Assembly (NCBI GenBank): GCA_963745035.1
Contig: CAVUVW010000024.1
Span: forward strand, 1 to 64,000
Length of the DNA: 64,000 nt
Reading direction: 5' to 3'
Origin: an uncultured delta proteobacterium
GTDB taxonomy: Bacteria; Desulfobacterota; Binatia; UBA9968
A model generated the notes under the pieces. That model did not search any database, had not been told where the DNA came from, and saw only the letters and a list, made by a program, of their open reading frames with translations. Shown here one piece after another: positions 25,100 to 35,502 of the stretch (its first letter is position 1; each line of letters opens with the position of its first letter). Position numbers and translations under genes: made by a program.

Positions 25100-25280
25100 G
25101 CCACACCTCCGGGGACTAAAAGTCGTAGTTGTCATCTCGAGCCTAGCGAGAGATCCTTCCGAATCTCTGCAACTTGACGAAAGATTTCTCACTTCGTTCG
25201 AAATGACACATCGCCTGGAATAAAGCCGCTACGTATCGGCTCGCGCCTGATCGTTCGAACGACTGGAACATCTGGAACGA

Positions 25281-26151
25281 TTATTTCCCATTCATGAGAA
25301 AAGGCACGACGATCTCCGCCAGTTCCTCCGGTTTCTCGTGCGGAATATGGTGACCTGCGCCTTGGACCGGGACAATCTGCGCGTTCGGAAAAAGCTGGGC
25401 GCGATGGCCGCGCACGGATTTCATGAAATCGCTCTCGGTGCCGTAGACGAAAAGGATCGGACACTTAAGCCGCCGGATGAAGGCTTCGATCTGGCCCTCC
25501 GACATCGCCGTAGTCGTGCGGTAGCGGAGGATCGGATCGTGTTTCCAGCGATAGCGATCGCCCTTGAAGTGCGTTCCGTGGCGCGCCATATGCAGCGCCG
25601 CTTTGTCCGGAATCAGCGGAAAGGTTTTTTGCAGCGACTTGGCAGCGGACTCCAATGTTTCGTGCGGAAAAGGAATCTCGACGTAGTCCCGGCCTTTCAA
25701 GCGCTCCGCGACGATGTCGGGAACTTCGTCGTCCGACGCGCGCGAAAGGGCCGAGTGATTCGAAGAGCACCAATCGTTTCACTTTTTCGGGAAACGCGCC
25801 GGCGTAGAGCAGGCACATGCTGCCGCCGAGGGAGTGGCCGATGATGGTCAACGGCTCCTTGTCCAAATGTTTGAGCAAGCCGGCGAGATCAGTCAGAAAA
25901 TCCTCGTGCTGGTAGCCGCGGCTCGACGAAGGCCACTCGCTGTCGCCATGCCCGCGCAGGTCGAGAGCCACGGCATGCTTGATCGGCACGCTCCGCTTGA
26001 TCAGCGCTTCGAGAAAATAATCCCAGCTCCTTCCTTGATCGCGCACGCCGTGAACGAAAACGAAGGTTTCTTCCGCCGGATCGCCCCATTCCCAATAGTG
26101 TAGTTTCAAGCCATCGTGAACAAAGTAACGTTGCCTGGGTTGTAAATTCAT
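25281..26151 (-). CDS. Alpha/beta hydrolase (frameshifted)
   Basis: FVHG, DLRGHGDS, GHSLGG, AGHHIPHEKP. Confidence 0.85.
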
Positions 26152-26227
26152 GACTCCGTGGTGACTTCCCCTCTCTTGCTCTTCGCGCTTTCTAATGCAA
26201 AATCCGAAATCGAAGATCCAAAATGAT

Positions 26228-27310
26228 TTACTTTCGCGCCTGTTCGATAAACTGCTGGACGAACTTGACGATCTCATCGGACGCCGTCAGTACTTTATCA
26301 CGGAGTTTCTCGCCGTCCTCGCCGATGTCGAAACGCGGTTGAAAGCGCATGGCCTTCTTGGCCTCGGCGATAAACTCCTCGTCCTTGGAGAGGTTCGCGA
26401 ACGCGTTTCGCATGGCCACAACCGCTTCCTTCGGTGCATTCGGCGGCAACAATGCCACGCGGCTGAGATTCTGGCTCGCCATGTTCGCCGCTTTGAGCGT
26501 TTCATATTTGATGCCCGTCGGCGCTTTGTTGAAAATTTGCGTATAAACCTCGGTGAACGAATTCAGCTCGGGATAATCCGGGCTTTTCCTCATATTGCCG
26601 TCGGGGCTGATCAGATCGTGATAGTAGAGCGGCGTGACCATCCCGGTCTTCACCAACTGCGGTTCGACAACGCCCCGGTACCCCGGAATGTTTTCGTCAT
26701 GATACTGAATCTCGTTGCGCTGCACGGCGAGGCGCGCGTCGTTGCTGCTGTTGTAGCCCGTGACGTAATCGTATTTGAGCCCCAGAATATCGAACGCCAG
26801 CCGGAAGCGCAGATCTTTATTGCTGTCGAAAGAGAGCCCACCGGCTTTGAAACGCTCTGCCTTGACGATGTCGGTGGGCTTCTTGATTCCCGGCGCAACA
26901 TCGGAACGGATGTAGCAGACGGTGACGCTGCCCACCGAAGCGATGAAAGGTAGTTTCATCAGATCGGTCCTGAGGGTCGAGCTTCTCATCATGTGATGAT
27001 TGTAGGGTCCGGTAAAATAGCCGAGGGTCAAAGCGTCTTTCTTGGCCGCTTCGCCGAGAAAATTGATTCCCGTGACGCCGCCGGCGCCTGCCATGTTCTG
27101 GACGATGACCACAGGGTTTCCCGGTATATGCTTGGCCAGATGCCGAGCGACGATCCGTCCTTCGATATCGGTGGGACCGCCGGCGGCGAAGTTGATCAGG
27201 AAGGTAATGTTCTTTCCTTGATAAAAAGGCGCCTGTGCGGCGAATCCAGGATTGATCGACAGAACCGCTCCGAAGAGAAAAACCAAAGAAATTCGGCCGT
27301 GGAACTTCAT
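26228..27310 (-). CDS. tctC: Tripartite tricarboxylate transporter substrate-binding protein
   Basis: AAGGAG RBS, signal peptide, FYQGK...AAGGPTD...HIPGNP...QNMAGAGG. Confidence 0.85.
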   Translation of the reverse strand: MKFHGRISLVFLFGAVLSINPGFAAQAPFYQGKNITFLINFAAGGPTDIEGRIVARHLAKHIPGNPVVIVQNMAGAGGVTGINFLGEAAKKDALTLGYFTGPYNHHMMRSSTLRTDLMKLPFIASVGSVTVCYIRSDVAPGIKKPTDIVKAERFKAGGLSFDSNKDLRFRLAFDILGLKYDYVTGYNSSNDARLAVQRNEIQYHDENIPGYRGVVEPQLVKTGMVTPLYYHDLISPDGNMRKSPDYPELNSFTEVYTQIFNKAPTGIKYETLKAANMASQNLSRVALLPPNAPKEAVVAMRNAFANLSKDEEFIAEAKKAMRFQPRFDIGEDGEKLRDKVLTASDEIVKFVQQFIEQARK

Positions 27311-28877
27311 GATCAATTCTCCTTTCATTTGCGGAGTTCGTTGGCGATTGGGCTCTGTTTGCGCGACGATCATTTCTCTCAATACGACTTTGTTGACCTT
27401 GCCGACTTCGGTGTGCGGCAGCGAGGAGCGAAACTCCACCGACTTGGGTACTTTATATGCCGACAGCCGCTCCTTACAGAAGCCGAGCAAGTCCTCAGCT
27501 CTCAGATCGCTGCCCGGCTTGGTTACGATCACCGCCTTGACAGCCTCGCCCCACTGCGGGTCCGGCACGCCGATGACGGCGGCTTCCAGAACGGCCGGAT
27601 GGCTGTAGATGACGCTCTCGATTTCCAACGGATAGATGCTGATGCCGCCGCTCTTCACCATGTCTTTCTTGCGGCCTGCGACAAAAAGGAAGCCTTCCTC
27701 GTCGAAATAGCCAAGATCGCCGGTGTAAAACCAGCCGTCGCGGAACGAGGCATTCGTCGCTTCGGGGTTTTTGTAGTAGCCGTGGCTCGCGAGCGGGCTT
27801 TGGCAAATGATTTCGCCCAGGTCGCCGACTTTCACGGATTTATTGCGTTCGTCGACGATACGCAGATCGACGCACCAGACCGGTCGCCCCGCCGCATTCG
27901 GCTTGGCATCCATGTCCGCCGGCTTGGAGATCGCCATCTGCCCCGAATCCGTGGAAGCGTAGGTGCGATATATATTCGGCGTCAGGTTTTTTTTCAGCGC
28001 TTCGAGCACAGCCGGATGCACCTTGCCGCCGGTAATCGCCAGGCAGCGCAAGGTGCGCGTATCGTATTTGGTCGATTCCAGCACGTGCAGCATGCGCTCG
28101 CACATGGTGGGTACGGCGCCGACGTAGGTGACTTTCTCCCGCTCGATGGTCTTCAGCACTTCTTCGGCGTCGAAGCGCTCGTGCAGGATCATCGTCCCGC
28201 CGAAATAGATGATGCCCAGGGTGAATGATCGCCCGGCATTGAAATAGATTGGCGATGACAAGATCGCGATATCATGAGCGCCCAGGCCCTTTTCGATCGC
28301 ATTGTTGATGCAATGAAACACAAACGTCCGTTGAGTGGTCAGGCATCCCTTGGGAAACCCCGTCGTTCCCGACGTGAGCAGAACCGCGAACGGATCGTTC
28401 TCATCGACGTCCACCGTGGGCTCCTCGATCACTTTGCCCGTCGAGCAAGCCGCCGTAACTTAGATCCGCGGAGAGCGAGAATGATCTTGAGCAGTTCAGC
28501 TTCTTGAGCGTCTTCGCTTTCTCGAATTCCGCGACGCAGTCTTCCTGAAGGATGATGAAACTCGGCTCGAGCGCCGCGAGCACCGAAGCAAATTCCAGCG
28601 CCTTCCACTTTACGTCCAGAGGAATCGCCAGCGCGCCGATCTTGGCCGTGGCAAACAGGATCTCCAGATGCTCGATCCGATTGCCGACGGACAGAGCCAC
28701 CGCGTCCCCGCGGCGCACCCCGGCCGACAGCAACCCATTCGCAAGTTGGTTGACCCTGCGATTGAGCTCGCCGTAGGTGGTCTGGCGAAACTTGTCCTTG
28801 GCGGCAATCTTGAGCGGAAACTTATGCGCGTTCCGCCGCAGACCATCATGCATTAATAAAGGAATACTTGTGCCCAT
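27311..28877 (-). CDS. Acyl-CoA synthetase/AMP-binding enzyme (frameshift near 28430; no stop before tctC)
   Basis: TSGTTGFPKG, YASTD, TGDLG, GRKKD, VGKV. Confidence 0.85.
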
Positions 28878-28883
28878 GAGTCG

Positions 28884-29003
28884 AATTTTGGATTTTAGAT
28901 TTTAGATTTTCGATTAGCCGGACAGATAAAGCCGGCACCAACGTGGATTCTGGATATTGCTCGGCACTCCGACAATCCAAAATCCAAAATCGGCAATCTA
29001 AAA
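28884..29003. repeat. Inverted heptamer-repeat element (ATTTTRG)n...(AATCYAA)n
   Basis: aattttggattttagattttagattttcgatt ... aatccaaaatccaaaatcggcaatctaaaat; related arms at 26198-26225 and 31251-31389. Confidence 0.85.
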
Positions 29004-29005
29004 TG

Positions 29006-29826
29006 GTCATCTTGCCTTTCCAATTCGGCGGTCGCTTCTCGACGAACGCCCGGGGTCCTTCTTTCGCGTCTTCGGTTTGCATGACCATGCTCTGCAGGTC
29101 CGATTCGTAGCGCAGCCCCTGCTCCAGGGTCATCTCACTCCCCTTGTAGACCGCTTCCTTGATATAGCGCAAAGCGAGCGGCGCGCCCTTCAAGAACGAC
29201 TGAGCCATTTTCTCGCCGGTCGGAATGAGTTGATCGTAAGGCACCAACTGATTGACCAAGCCGATGCGGTGACACTCAGCGGCGTCGTACAGCTCTCCAG
29301 ATAGGCAGAGTTCCAGCGCCTTCGGAATCCCGATCAGCCGCGGCAGCCGCTGCGTGCCGCCCGACCCCGCCATCATTCCGAGCCGCACCTCGCTCACGCC
29401 GAGCCGCGCCCCTTCCGCAGCAATGCGAATGTCGCAGGCCAAGGCCATCAGCAATCCCGTGCCTACTGTGTAGCCGTGCAGCAGCGCGATCGTGATCTTA
29501 TTTATCGCCGCGATCGCCGGCGCCGGAGTGCCGGGAATAGCGTTGTGCTTCGCTTGACGCTGGACCAACGCCGATTCCGTCGGTTCAGCCGCCGCTGCGG
29601 CATTGTTGCGAGCACGATCCTTGATATCGCCGCCCACCGAAAACGCCCGCTCGCCGTTGGCCTTAAAAATAACAACCTGAACGTCTCGATCCTCTTCCGC
29701 CCGGCGGCAATATTCCACAATGGCCTTCACCATGTCGCGATTGACCGCATTCAACGACTCCGGCCGATTCAACGTGATCCAGGCAATCTTGTCTTTGACT
29801 TCGTAAAGAACTTTTTCTTCCGCCAT
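29006..29826 (-). CDS. Enoyl-CoA hydratase/isomerase
   Basis: LNRPESLNA, ACDIRIA, GGTQRLPRL, AFVEKRPPNWKG; ORF extension into the repeat is probably an indel. Confidence 0.88.
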
Positions 29827-29856
29827 TCACTTCCCCCTGCGTCACTTTTGATTTCT

Positions 29857-30101
29857 TTACCCTGCCTTTCTCACCTTCGCAGCTTTGATCATTCCATCAA
29901 TAGAAAGATCTTCATCTAACTCCGGCCAGTGAATTCCGTATCCTGACGGGGACAGCTCGAAATTTGCCTTCGTGCGCTGGTCTGCTGCCGCGAGTTTTTG
30001 GAATGTTGCCTTAGATCAATCCGGTAATCCCGGCCATCAACCGTTAGCAGAAGGTACTGATTCTCAAACCGCAAATTTTTTACACGATGATGCTTTTTCA
30101 T
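29857..30101 (-). CDS. DUF2442-family protein (frameshift in a homopolymer run)
   Basis: Joined frames give ...FELSPSGYGIHWPELDEDLSIDGM. Confidence 0.75.
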
Positions 30102-30248
30102 CGTTTCTTCTCCGCAAAATTGTCCCACTCCCTTTCGATATATTCAAAATACTCGAAGATTATCCTTTTGACATCTCTCTTGTCTTTCCGTCTCGTTAGC
30201 ATAGAAGAAAAAGCGCCAGCCACGAATCGACAGGAGAATTGTCGGCAA
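30098..30248 (-). pseudogene. DUF4160-family remnant
   Basis: PTILL.IRGWRFFFYANE N-terminus directly upstream of DUF2442; central part deleted. Confidence 0.6.
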
Positions 30249-30268
30249 AGAATGTGCCCACCTTGATG

Positions 30269-31327
30269 CTACTTTATCACCCTGTCCGCCCGCGCCAGCA
30301 CTTTCTGCGGAATCGTCAGGCCGATCTGCTTCGCGGTCTTTAGATTGATCTCGAACTCGAACTTCGTCGGCTGCTCCACCGGCAGATCGGCAGGCTTGGC
30401 TCCCTTCAGGATTCTGTCCACGTAATATGCGACGCGCCGGTCGCTGTCCGCGAAGTCCGCTCCATAATACATGAGCCCACCAGCATCTACAGATTCTCTC
30501 CTGCCGAACACCGACGGTAACCGGCTCTTTAACGCAAAGTCCGCGATCCGTTTTTGGTTAGTATTTATTAGCGGGCCCCCTACGGGCACGTAGAGTCCAT
30601 CCGGGCGCTGCTTGTTTAGTGCAGCGAATACCTTCTCAAAATCGTCCGCAGCTCGCACCTCCCAAGGCTGAAGAGTCAACCCCAGCGCACGCGCCGCCAC
30701 CGGGAGAACCTCTTTCACCTCGAGTACACTGGACCGATTGGCCGGATCGTAGAGAACCGCGACACGGGCAACTTTGGGAACGGCTTCTTTGAGCAACTCT
30801 AACCGCTTCCCGCCTAGTTCTCTGGAAAGAAGAGTAAGGCCGGTGACGTTGCCACCGGGACGGGCAAGACTTTGAACCAGGCCTTCCTCGACAGGATCGG
30901 ACCCTTGGCCCACCATAACGATGGGAATCGTCTTGGTCGCATTCTTGGCCGCCCGGGCCGTCGCGATCCCTCCTGCCACCACGATGATATCAACCTTGAG
31001 ACGCACCAGTTCGGCCGCAAGCTCAGGGTAGCGATCGCGCTTCCCTTCCGCATATCGGTACTCGATGGTGATGTTTTGTCCTTCTATGTAGCCAAGCTCG
31101 CGCAGAGCCAGCCGAATTGCCTCGGCACGGGTAGACTCACCAACTGGGTCTTGCGACGATAGATACCCTATCAGCGGGACCTTCTTCGGCTGCTGCGCCT
31201 CGACCACCGCCCCACACATCGCGAATGTTATGATGAGAGCAATCCCCACCAATTTTCGATTTTGGATTTTCGATTTTAGATTGTCGGAGTAAGAATTCAA
31301 AAATCGTTTCAGCAATGTGTTTTGCAT
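30269..31327 (-). CDS. ABC substrate-binding protein (ABC_sub_bind type)
   Basis: LRELGYIEGQN, SLARPGGNVTG, GAKPADLPVEQPTKF. Confidence 0.92.
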   Translation of the reverse strand: MQNTLLKRFLNSYSDNLKSKIQNRKLVGIALIITFAMCGAVVEAQQPKKVPLIGYLSSQDPVGESTRAEAIRLALRELGYIEGQNITIEYRYAEGKRDRYPELAAELVRLKVDIIVVAGGIATARAAKNATKTIPIVMVGQGSDPVEEGLVQSLARPGGNVTGLTLLSRELGGKRLELLKEAVPKVARVAVLYDPANRSSVLEVKEVLPVAARALGLTLQPWEVRAADDFEKVFAALNKQRPDGLYVPVGGPLINTNQKRIADFALKSRLPSVFGRRESVDAGGLMYYGADFADSDRRVAYYVDRILKGAKPADLPVEQPTKFEFEINLKTAKQIGLTIPQKVLARADRVIK

Positions 31328-31399
31328 CAGATGTTTGCCCCGAATCGAAAACCTGTCCTAGGCAAAGTCAAACGATCGACAATCCAAAACATGTTTTGC

Positions 31400-32194
31400 C
31401 TACTTTCCCTTCCACACCGGCGCGCGCTTTTCGGCGAACGCGCGGGGGCCTTCCTTCGCATCTTCCGTGCTGCCGATCAATGACGAGAGGTCGGCTTCCA
31501 GCCGCAGTCCTTCTTCGAGCGGCAGTTCCACGCCTTTTTTTATCGCTTCCTTGATAAACATCACCGACGTCGGCGCGCCTTTGAGTATGCGGTTGGCTAG
31601 ATCCTCGGCGGCTTTGATCACATCCGCTGACGGCACCGCATTGTTCACCAGACCCAGCGACTTTGCTTCGAGGCCGCTCACCGTGTCGCCGGTAAGGCAC
31701 ATTTCCATCGCCTTGGTGACGCCGACGGCGCGCGTCAAACGCTGCGTGCCGCCCGCGCCCGGGATGATCCCGCGCCGGACTTCCGTCAGTCCGAGTTTAG
31801 CATCTTCCGCCGCGACGCGAAGATCGCAGGCGAGGGCGAATTCTAATCCGCCGCCTACGCAATAGCCGCGGATCGCGGCGATGGTCGGTTTGGTGATCGC
31901 CGCCACCGCACGCGCCTGGGTGTAAATTTTGTTCGTCAGTTTCTGCTGGCGCCGTTCGATGGGCGAAAAAACGGTCTCAGCGCGCTCTTTTAAATCCATG
32001 CCTGCGGAAAATGCTTTTTCCCCCGCGCCGGTAAAGATCGCGATCCGCACATCACCGTCCTCTTCGATCTGTCCGCAGGCTTCGATGAGCTCTCGCGTCA
32101 TCTGGCGGTTCATCGCGTTCATCGCCTCCGGCCGGTTGAAGGTGACATGTGCGATTCGGTCGCGTACATCGAACAGAATTGTCTGGTAATCCAT
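31400..32194 (-). CDS. Enoyl-CoA hydratase/isomerase
   Basis: AFSAGMDL, GGGLEFALACD, LTEVRRGIIPGAGGTQRL. Confidence 0.93.
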   Translation of the reverse strand: MDYQTILFDVRDRIAHVTFNRPEAMNAMNRQMTRELIEACGQIEEDGDVRIAIFTGAGEKAFSAGMDLKERAETVFSPIERRQQKLTNKIYTQARAVAAITKPTIAAIRGYCVGGGLEFALACDLRVAAEDAKLGLTEVRRGIIPGAGGTQRLTRAVGVTKAMEMCLTGDTVSGLEAKSLGLVNNAVPSADVIKAAEDLANRILKGAPTSVMFIKEAIKKGVELPLEEGLRLEADLSSLIGSTEDAKEGPRAFAEKRAPVWKGK

Positions 32195-32221
32195 TGCTCC
32201 TACCTTTCTTGGTCACGTAAA

Positions 32222-32373
32222 GTTCCAAACGTTCAAGACGTTCAACCGCTGCGCTCAGTTCAACCCTCTCCTTGATCCTCCCCCGCGTGCGCGGGGAAGA
32301 AAACTCTACTCTGGGCCGGCTGACGCTGGGGCTAAACGATTTGAACGGCTTGAACGTTTTGAACAACTTTAAC
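32222..32373. repeat. Intergenic inverted GTTCAA/TTGAAC element with a nested GC palindrome
   Basis: gttccaaac gttcaagac gttcaa ... ttgaacggc ttgaacgtt ttgaac; CCCCGCGTGCGCGGGG inside. Confidence 0.8.
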
Positions 32374-32383
32374 GAGTTAACTA

Positions 32384-33373
32384 TTATCGTCCTTTCGTCT
32401 TCCTTTCCTGCGCCAACTGATCGAGAAAGGACAAATCCAACAACTCATTCACGTTGAGCTTCATGCCAGCCAGGTTCTTGTCGTTCGCGATCACGTTTTC
32501 CATCGCTTTCGCCGTGACGATGGGCAGGCCCGGCGTCACCTGACTATAGACTCTGCGGGTTTCTTCCAATTCCTCGGTGTTGTTCGAGCGGTAGTATTCA
32601 CCGAGATACTTGATGACCCGGTCCTTGTTTTTCTCGTCGCGATAAAAATCCATGCCGTCGGCTAACCCGCGCATGAAGTTCATGACTGTCTCGCGGTCCG
32701 TGCGAATGAAGGATCGAAGCGTTACGGGCCCGGCAACCGTGTACTCGAAATCCTCCTTGGAAAAATCAAAGAACGTTGGATATCCGGCTTTGCGCGCCTT
32801 CAGCGTGAACGGCGATTGGAACACCGACGCCTGAATTTGTCCCGCGGTGAGCGCTGTCCATCGATCTCCCTGGCCACCTGTGCCAACGATCTGCACGTCC
32901 TTCTCGGGATTCAGCCCGATCCGTCGCACGGCTACCCGCGCAATGAAGTCCGTGCTCGACCCCAGTTGGCTCACGCCGATTCTTTTTCCCTTGAGGTCTT
33001 CGGGTCGTTTGATCGATGGATGCGCCGCCAGCACATAATCCAATCGATTCCCGACTGCGCCGATAAACTGGAATTCCTTCGCCCCCTGCGCCCACGCAGC
33101 TACGACGGTGGACGCGCCTTGCAGTTGTAGCATCAGCTCACCGGAGAGCGCCGCCTGGATGCCCATCAACCCGCCCCTGATGTAGATCGGCTCCAGCTTT
33201 AATCCATGCTTTTCGAAGGAGCCCGAGCGGTATGCAACCCAGAAATAACTCGACGAACCACCCAACGGATAACCAACTTTGATTTCGCGAAGTGGTTTGG
33301 TTTGGGCAAACGCATTTGAGAAAACGAGAAATAAGGCAGTGACGATGCAAAAGCGTGCGGTTTGAAGCTTCAT
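32384..33373 (-). CDS. ABC substrate-binding protein, SsuA/NMT1 class
   Basis: Signal peptide; FEKHGL, DLKGKRIGVS. Confidence 0.88.
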   Translation of the reverse strand: MKLQTARFCIVTALFLVFSNAFAQTKPLREIKVGYPLGGSSSYFWVAYRSGSFEKHGLKLEPIYIRGGLMGIQAALSGELMLQLQGASTVVAAWAQGAKEFQFIGAVGNRLDYVLAAHPSIKRPEDLKGKRIGVSQLGSSTDFIARVAVRRIGLNPEKDVQIVGTGGQGDRWTALTAGQIQASVFQSPFTLKARKAGYPTFFDFSKEDFEYTVAGPVTLRSFIRTDRETVMNFMRGLADGMDFYRDEKNKDRVIKYLGEYYRSNNTEELEETRRVYSQVTPGLPIVTAKAMENVIANDKNLAGMKLNVNELLDLSFLDQLAQERKTKGR

Positions 33374-33452
33374 CAACGCACCTCCCGGCGCTGTCAGTAG
33401 CCGCGTGCCAACTCGAAGGTGAAATTTTGACATTCCTATTCAGCTGATCTAT

Positions 33453-33755
33453 TTATTTATCCGCTCGTCCTGAGCTTGTCGAAGGACGCGCAAGCCGGGA
33501 TACCTCTTCCCAATCACCCCTCATTAGAGCTTCCTTCTTCTTCCGGCTCCAACCTTTGAGCTGTCGTTCGCGCACGAATGCGTCAGATCGCGAAACAAAT
33601 TCTTCCATAAATACCAACTCAATGGGTAGCCTTGTCCGCGTATATCCGCCAAACTCCCCAGCTCGGTGCTTCGCCAGTCTCAGCTCGATGTCATCGGTCT
33701 GCCCAACGTAATAAGATTGATCTGAGCAACGGAGAATGTAGACCCAAAACGCCAT
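33453..33755 (-). CDS. GIY-YIG nuclease family protein (UPF0213-like)
   Basis: WVYILRCSDQSYYVGQT...RL..H...RERQLKGWSRKKKEAL. Confidence 0.9.
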   Translation of the reverse strand: MAFWVYILRCSDQSYYVGQTDDIELRLAKHRAGEFGGYTRTRLPIELVFMEEFVSRSDAFVRERQLKGWSRKKKEALMRGDWEEVSRLARPSTSSGRADK

Positions 33756-33843
33756 TAGCAAGGCTTCAATCGCGACAAACCTAGGCAGCATCCTTCGACA
33801 ACTCAGGATGCGCGGAATATGAAAGTCATCATTGAATTGGGCA

Positions 33844-34264
33844 TCATCCCGCCAGTTCGAAACACGGCAATTTGATCGCCGGATCATGCGTCTGCTCGAA
33901 CACCGCTTTCACCCGGTCGCCGGTCTTCACCTTCTCTTTATTGGCGCCAACCAACTTGCTTTCGACGATCACGCCCTCGTCCAAAATCACGTTGATGTAG
34001 TAGATCGGCGTCTCGTCTTTGAACGCTGGGTTGCGCGGCACGCGCACTAAAGTGAAGGTGTGGATCTTACCCGTACCTTTCGACTCGATCCAATCGAGCT
34101 CGCCGAAACAATCCACGCAGGCGACGCGCGGAAAAAATTGCACCTTGCCGCACTCTTTGCATTTTTGCAGCAAGAATTTGCCGTTGGCCGCGCCCTGCCA
34201 AAACGCTTGATCGACTTTATTGACTTTCGGGAAGACTCTTCTGCGGCATTCTCGCTTCCGCCAT
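33844..34264 (-). CDS. Zn-ribbon/OB-fold (DUF35) protein (N-terminal frameshift)
   Basis: CKEC...FFPR..CVDC, GKIHTFT; start overlaps the thiolase stop (TAATG). Confidence 0.85.
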
Positions 34265-35415
34265 TACTTTCTCCTTTCCATCACCAGCGCCGCGGTGGTG
34301 CCGAGATTGCGGCCATAGTTGAGCCAGCCGATGCCGGTGACCAGCGCCCGCTCCGCTTTCTTGACCTGATGCCCGTCCGCTTCGCCGCGCAGCTGGCGCA
34401 GCGCTTCGACGATGTGAAGATAGCCGCCCGCGAGACCGGCCTGTCCGACGGATAGCTCCCCGCCGCCGGTGTTGACCGGGAAATCGCCTGCGTAAGTCAG
34501 ATCGTGCGCATCGACGAACTTGCCGCCTTCGCCCTTTTTGCAGAATCCCAAGTCTTCGATCTGAATCATGACCGCGATTGGATAGTCGTCGTAGATTTCC
34601 ACGAAGTCGATGTCTTCGTGCTTCAGCTCCTTGAAGATGCGCTCGCCGACCACTTTCTGCCCGAACGTGGTTTTGTCCGGCAGCATGTTGGCGACCTGGT
34701 AGTGCGAAATCTCGGCGTCCGTCACCAGGTAAACGAGCTTATCGGTAATCTGTTTCGCCCTCTCTTCCGAAGCCAGGATGATGCACTCCGCGCCGGAGCA
34801 GGGCATGACGCAATCGAACAGGCGAATCGGATCGGAAATCATCCGCGAATTGAGATAGTCTTGCATGCTCATCGGCGCGCGAAACAATGCCTGCGGATTA
34901 TTGAGCGCATTCTGGCGCTGCGCGACGGCGATCTTGCCGATCTGCTCCAGGGTGGTGCCGTATTGCTCCATGTGCAGGCGTTGAATCAGTGCCATCAGCG
35001 AATTCGGCCCGCCGTAGCCGAACACATCCACGAAGTTGCCGCGCTGGTATTCCAATATTCGTTGGGTCGGCATGCTCCGATCGAAGGAATTGCCGCCGAC
35101 CAGGAGCGCGACATCGATGTGGCCGCATTCGATGGCGTCCGCGGCTCGCCTCACGCTCATCACGCCGCCGGCGCCGCCGTAATCTCCGTTCAGCACCCAG
35201 TCTACTTCCAAGCCCAACTGCTCGGCGACGTGGGGCGAATAATCCGGGCTCGCCTGGGTTGTAATCGAAAATCCCCGGAGATCTTTTTTCTTGAGACCGG
35301 TTTGTCTCAACGCGTCGCGGATCGCTTCGGCATAGTACCAAAGCACCGATTCTTCCGACTGTCGCGAATATTCCGTCGAGCCGTAACCGACAAAACACAC
35401 CTTCTTTCGTCGCAC
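34264..35415 (-). CDS. Thiolase-like protein (SCP2/Ltp2 type)
   Basis: NALNNPQA, DPIRLFDC, EIYDDY, NTGGGELS. Confidence 0.88.
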   Translation of the reverse strand: MRRKKVCFVGYGSTEYSRQSEESVLWYYAEAIRDALRQTGLKKKDLRGFSITTQASPDYSPHVAEQLGLEVDWVLNGDYGGAGGVMSVRRAADAIECGHIDVALLVGGNSFDRSMPTQRILEYQRGNFVDVFGYGGPNSLMALIQRLHMEQYGTTLEQIGKIAVAQRQNALNNPQALFRAPMSMQDYLNSRMISDPIRLFDCVMPCSGAECIILASEERAKQITDKLVYLVTDAEISHYQVANMLPDKTTFGQKVVGERIFKELKHEDIDFVEIYDDYPIAVMIQIEDLGFCKKGEGGKFVDAHDLTYAGDFPVNTGGGELSVGQAGLAGGYLHIVEALRQLRGEADGHQVKKAERALVTGIGWLNYGRNLGTTAALVMERRK

Positions 35416-35502
35416 AGTTTCTCTCCTTTCACTCGATAGATAGTTTGGTGTTCGGGGTCTCGAGTCCCGCGTCTAGAGCGAACCCAAGAGCAAACCCGAG
35501 CG

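Noticed and set aside
20946-28228. Long antisense ORFs (e.g. 20946-22310, 26993-28228; also 6630-7898, 47820-48917)
   Set aside because: Shadow ORFs of GC-rich genes with no recognisable motifs.
28846-29005. C-terminal extension of the crotonase through the heptamer repeat
   Set aside because: The paralog at 31400 ends at WKGK; a single-base indel at GGCAAGATGA would restore a stop.
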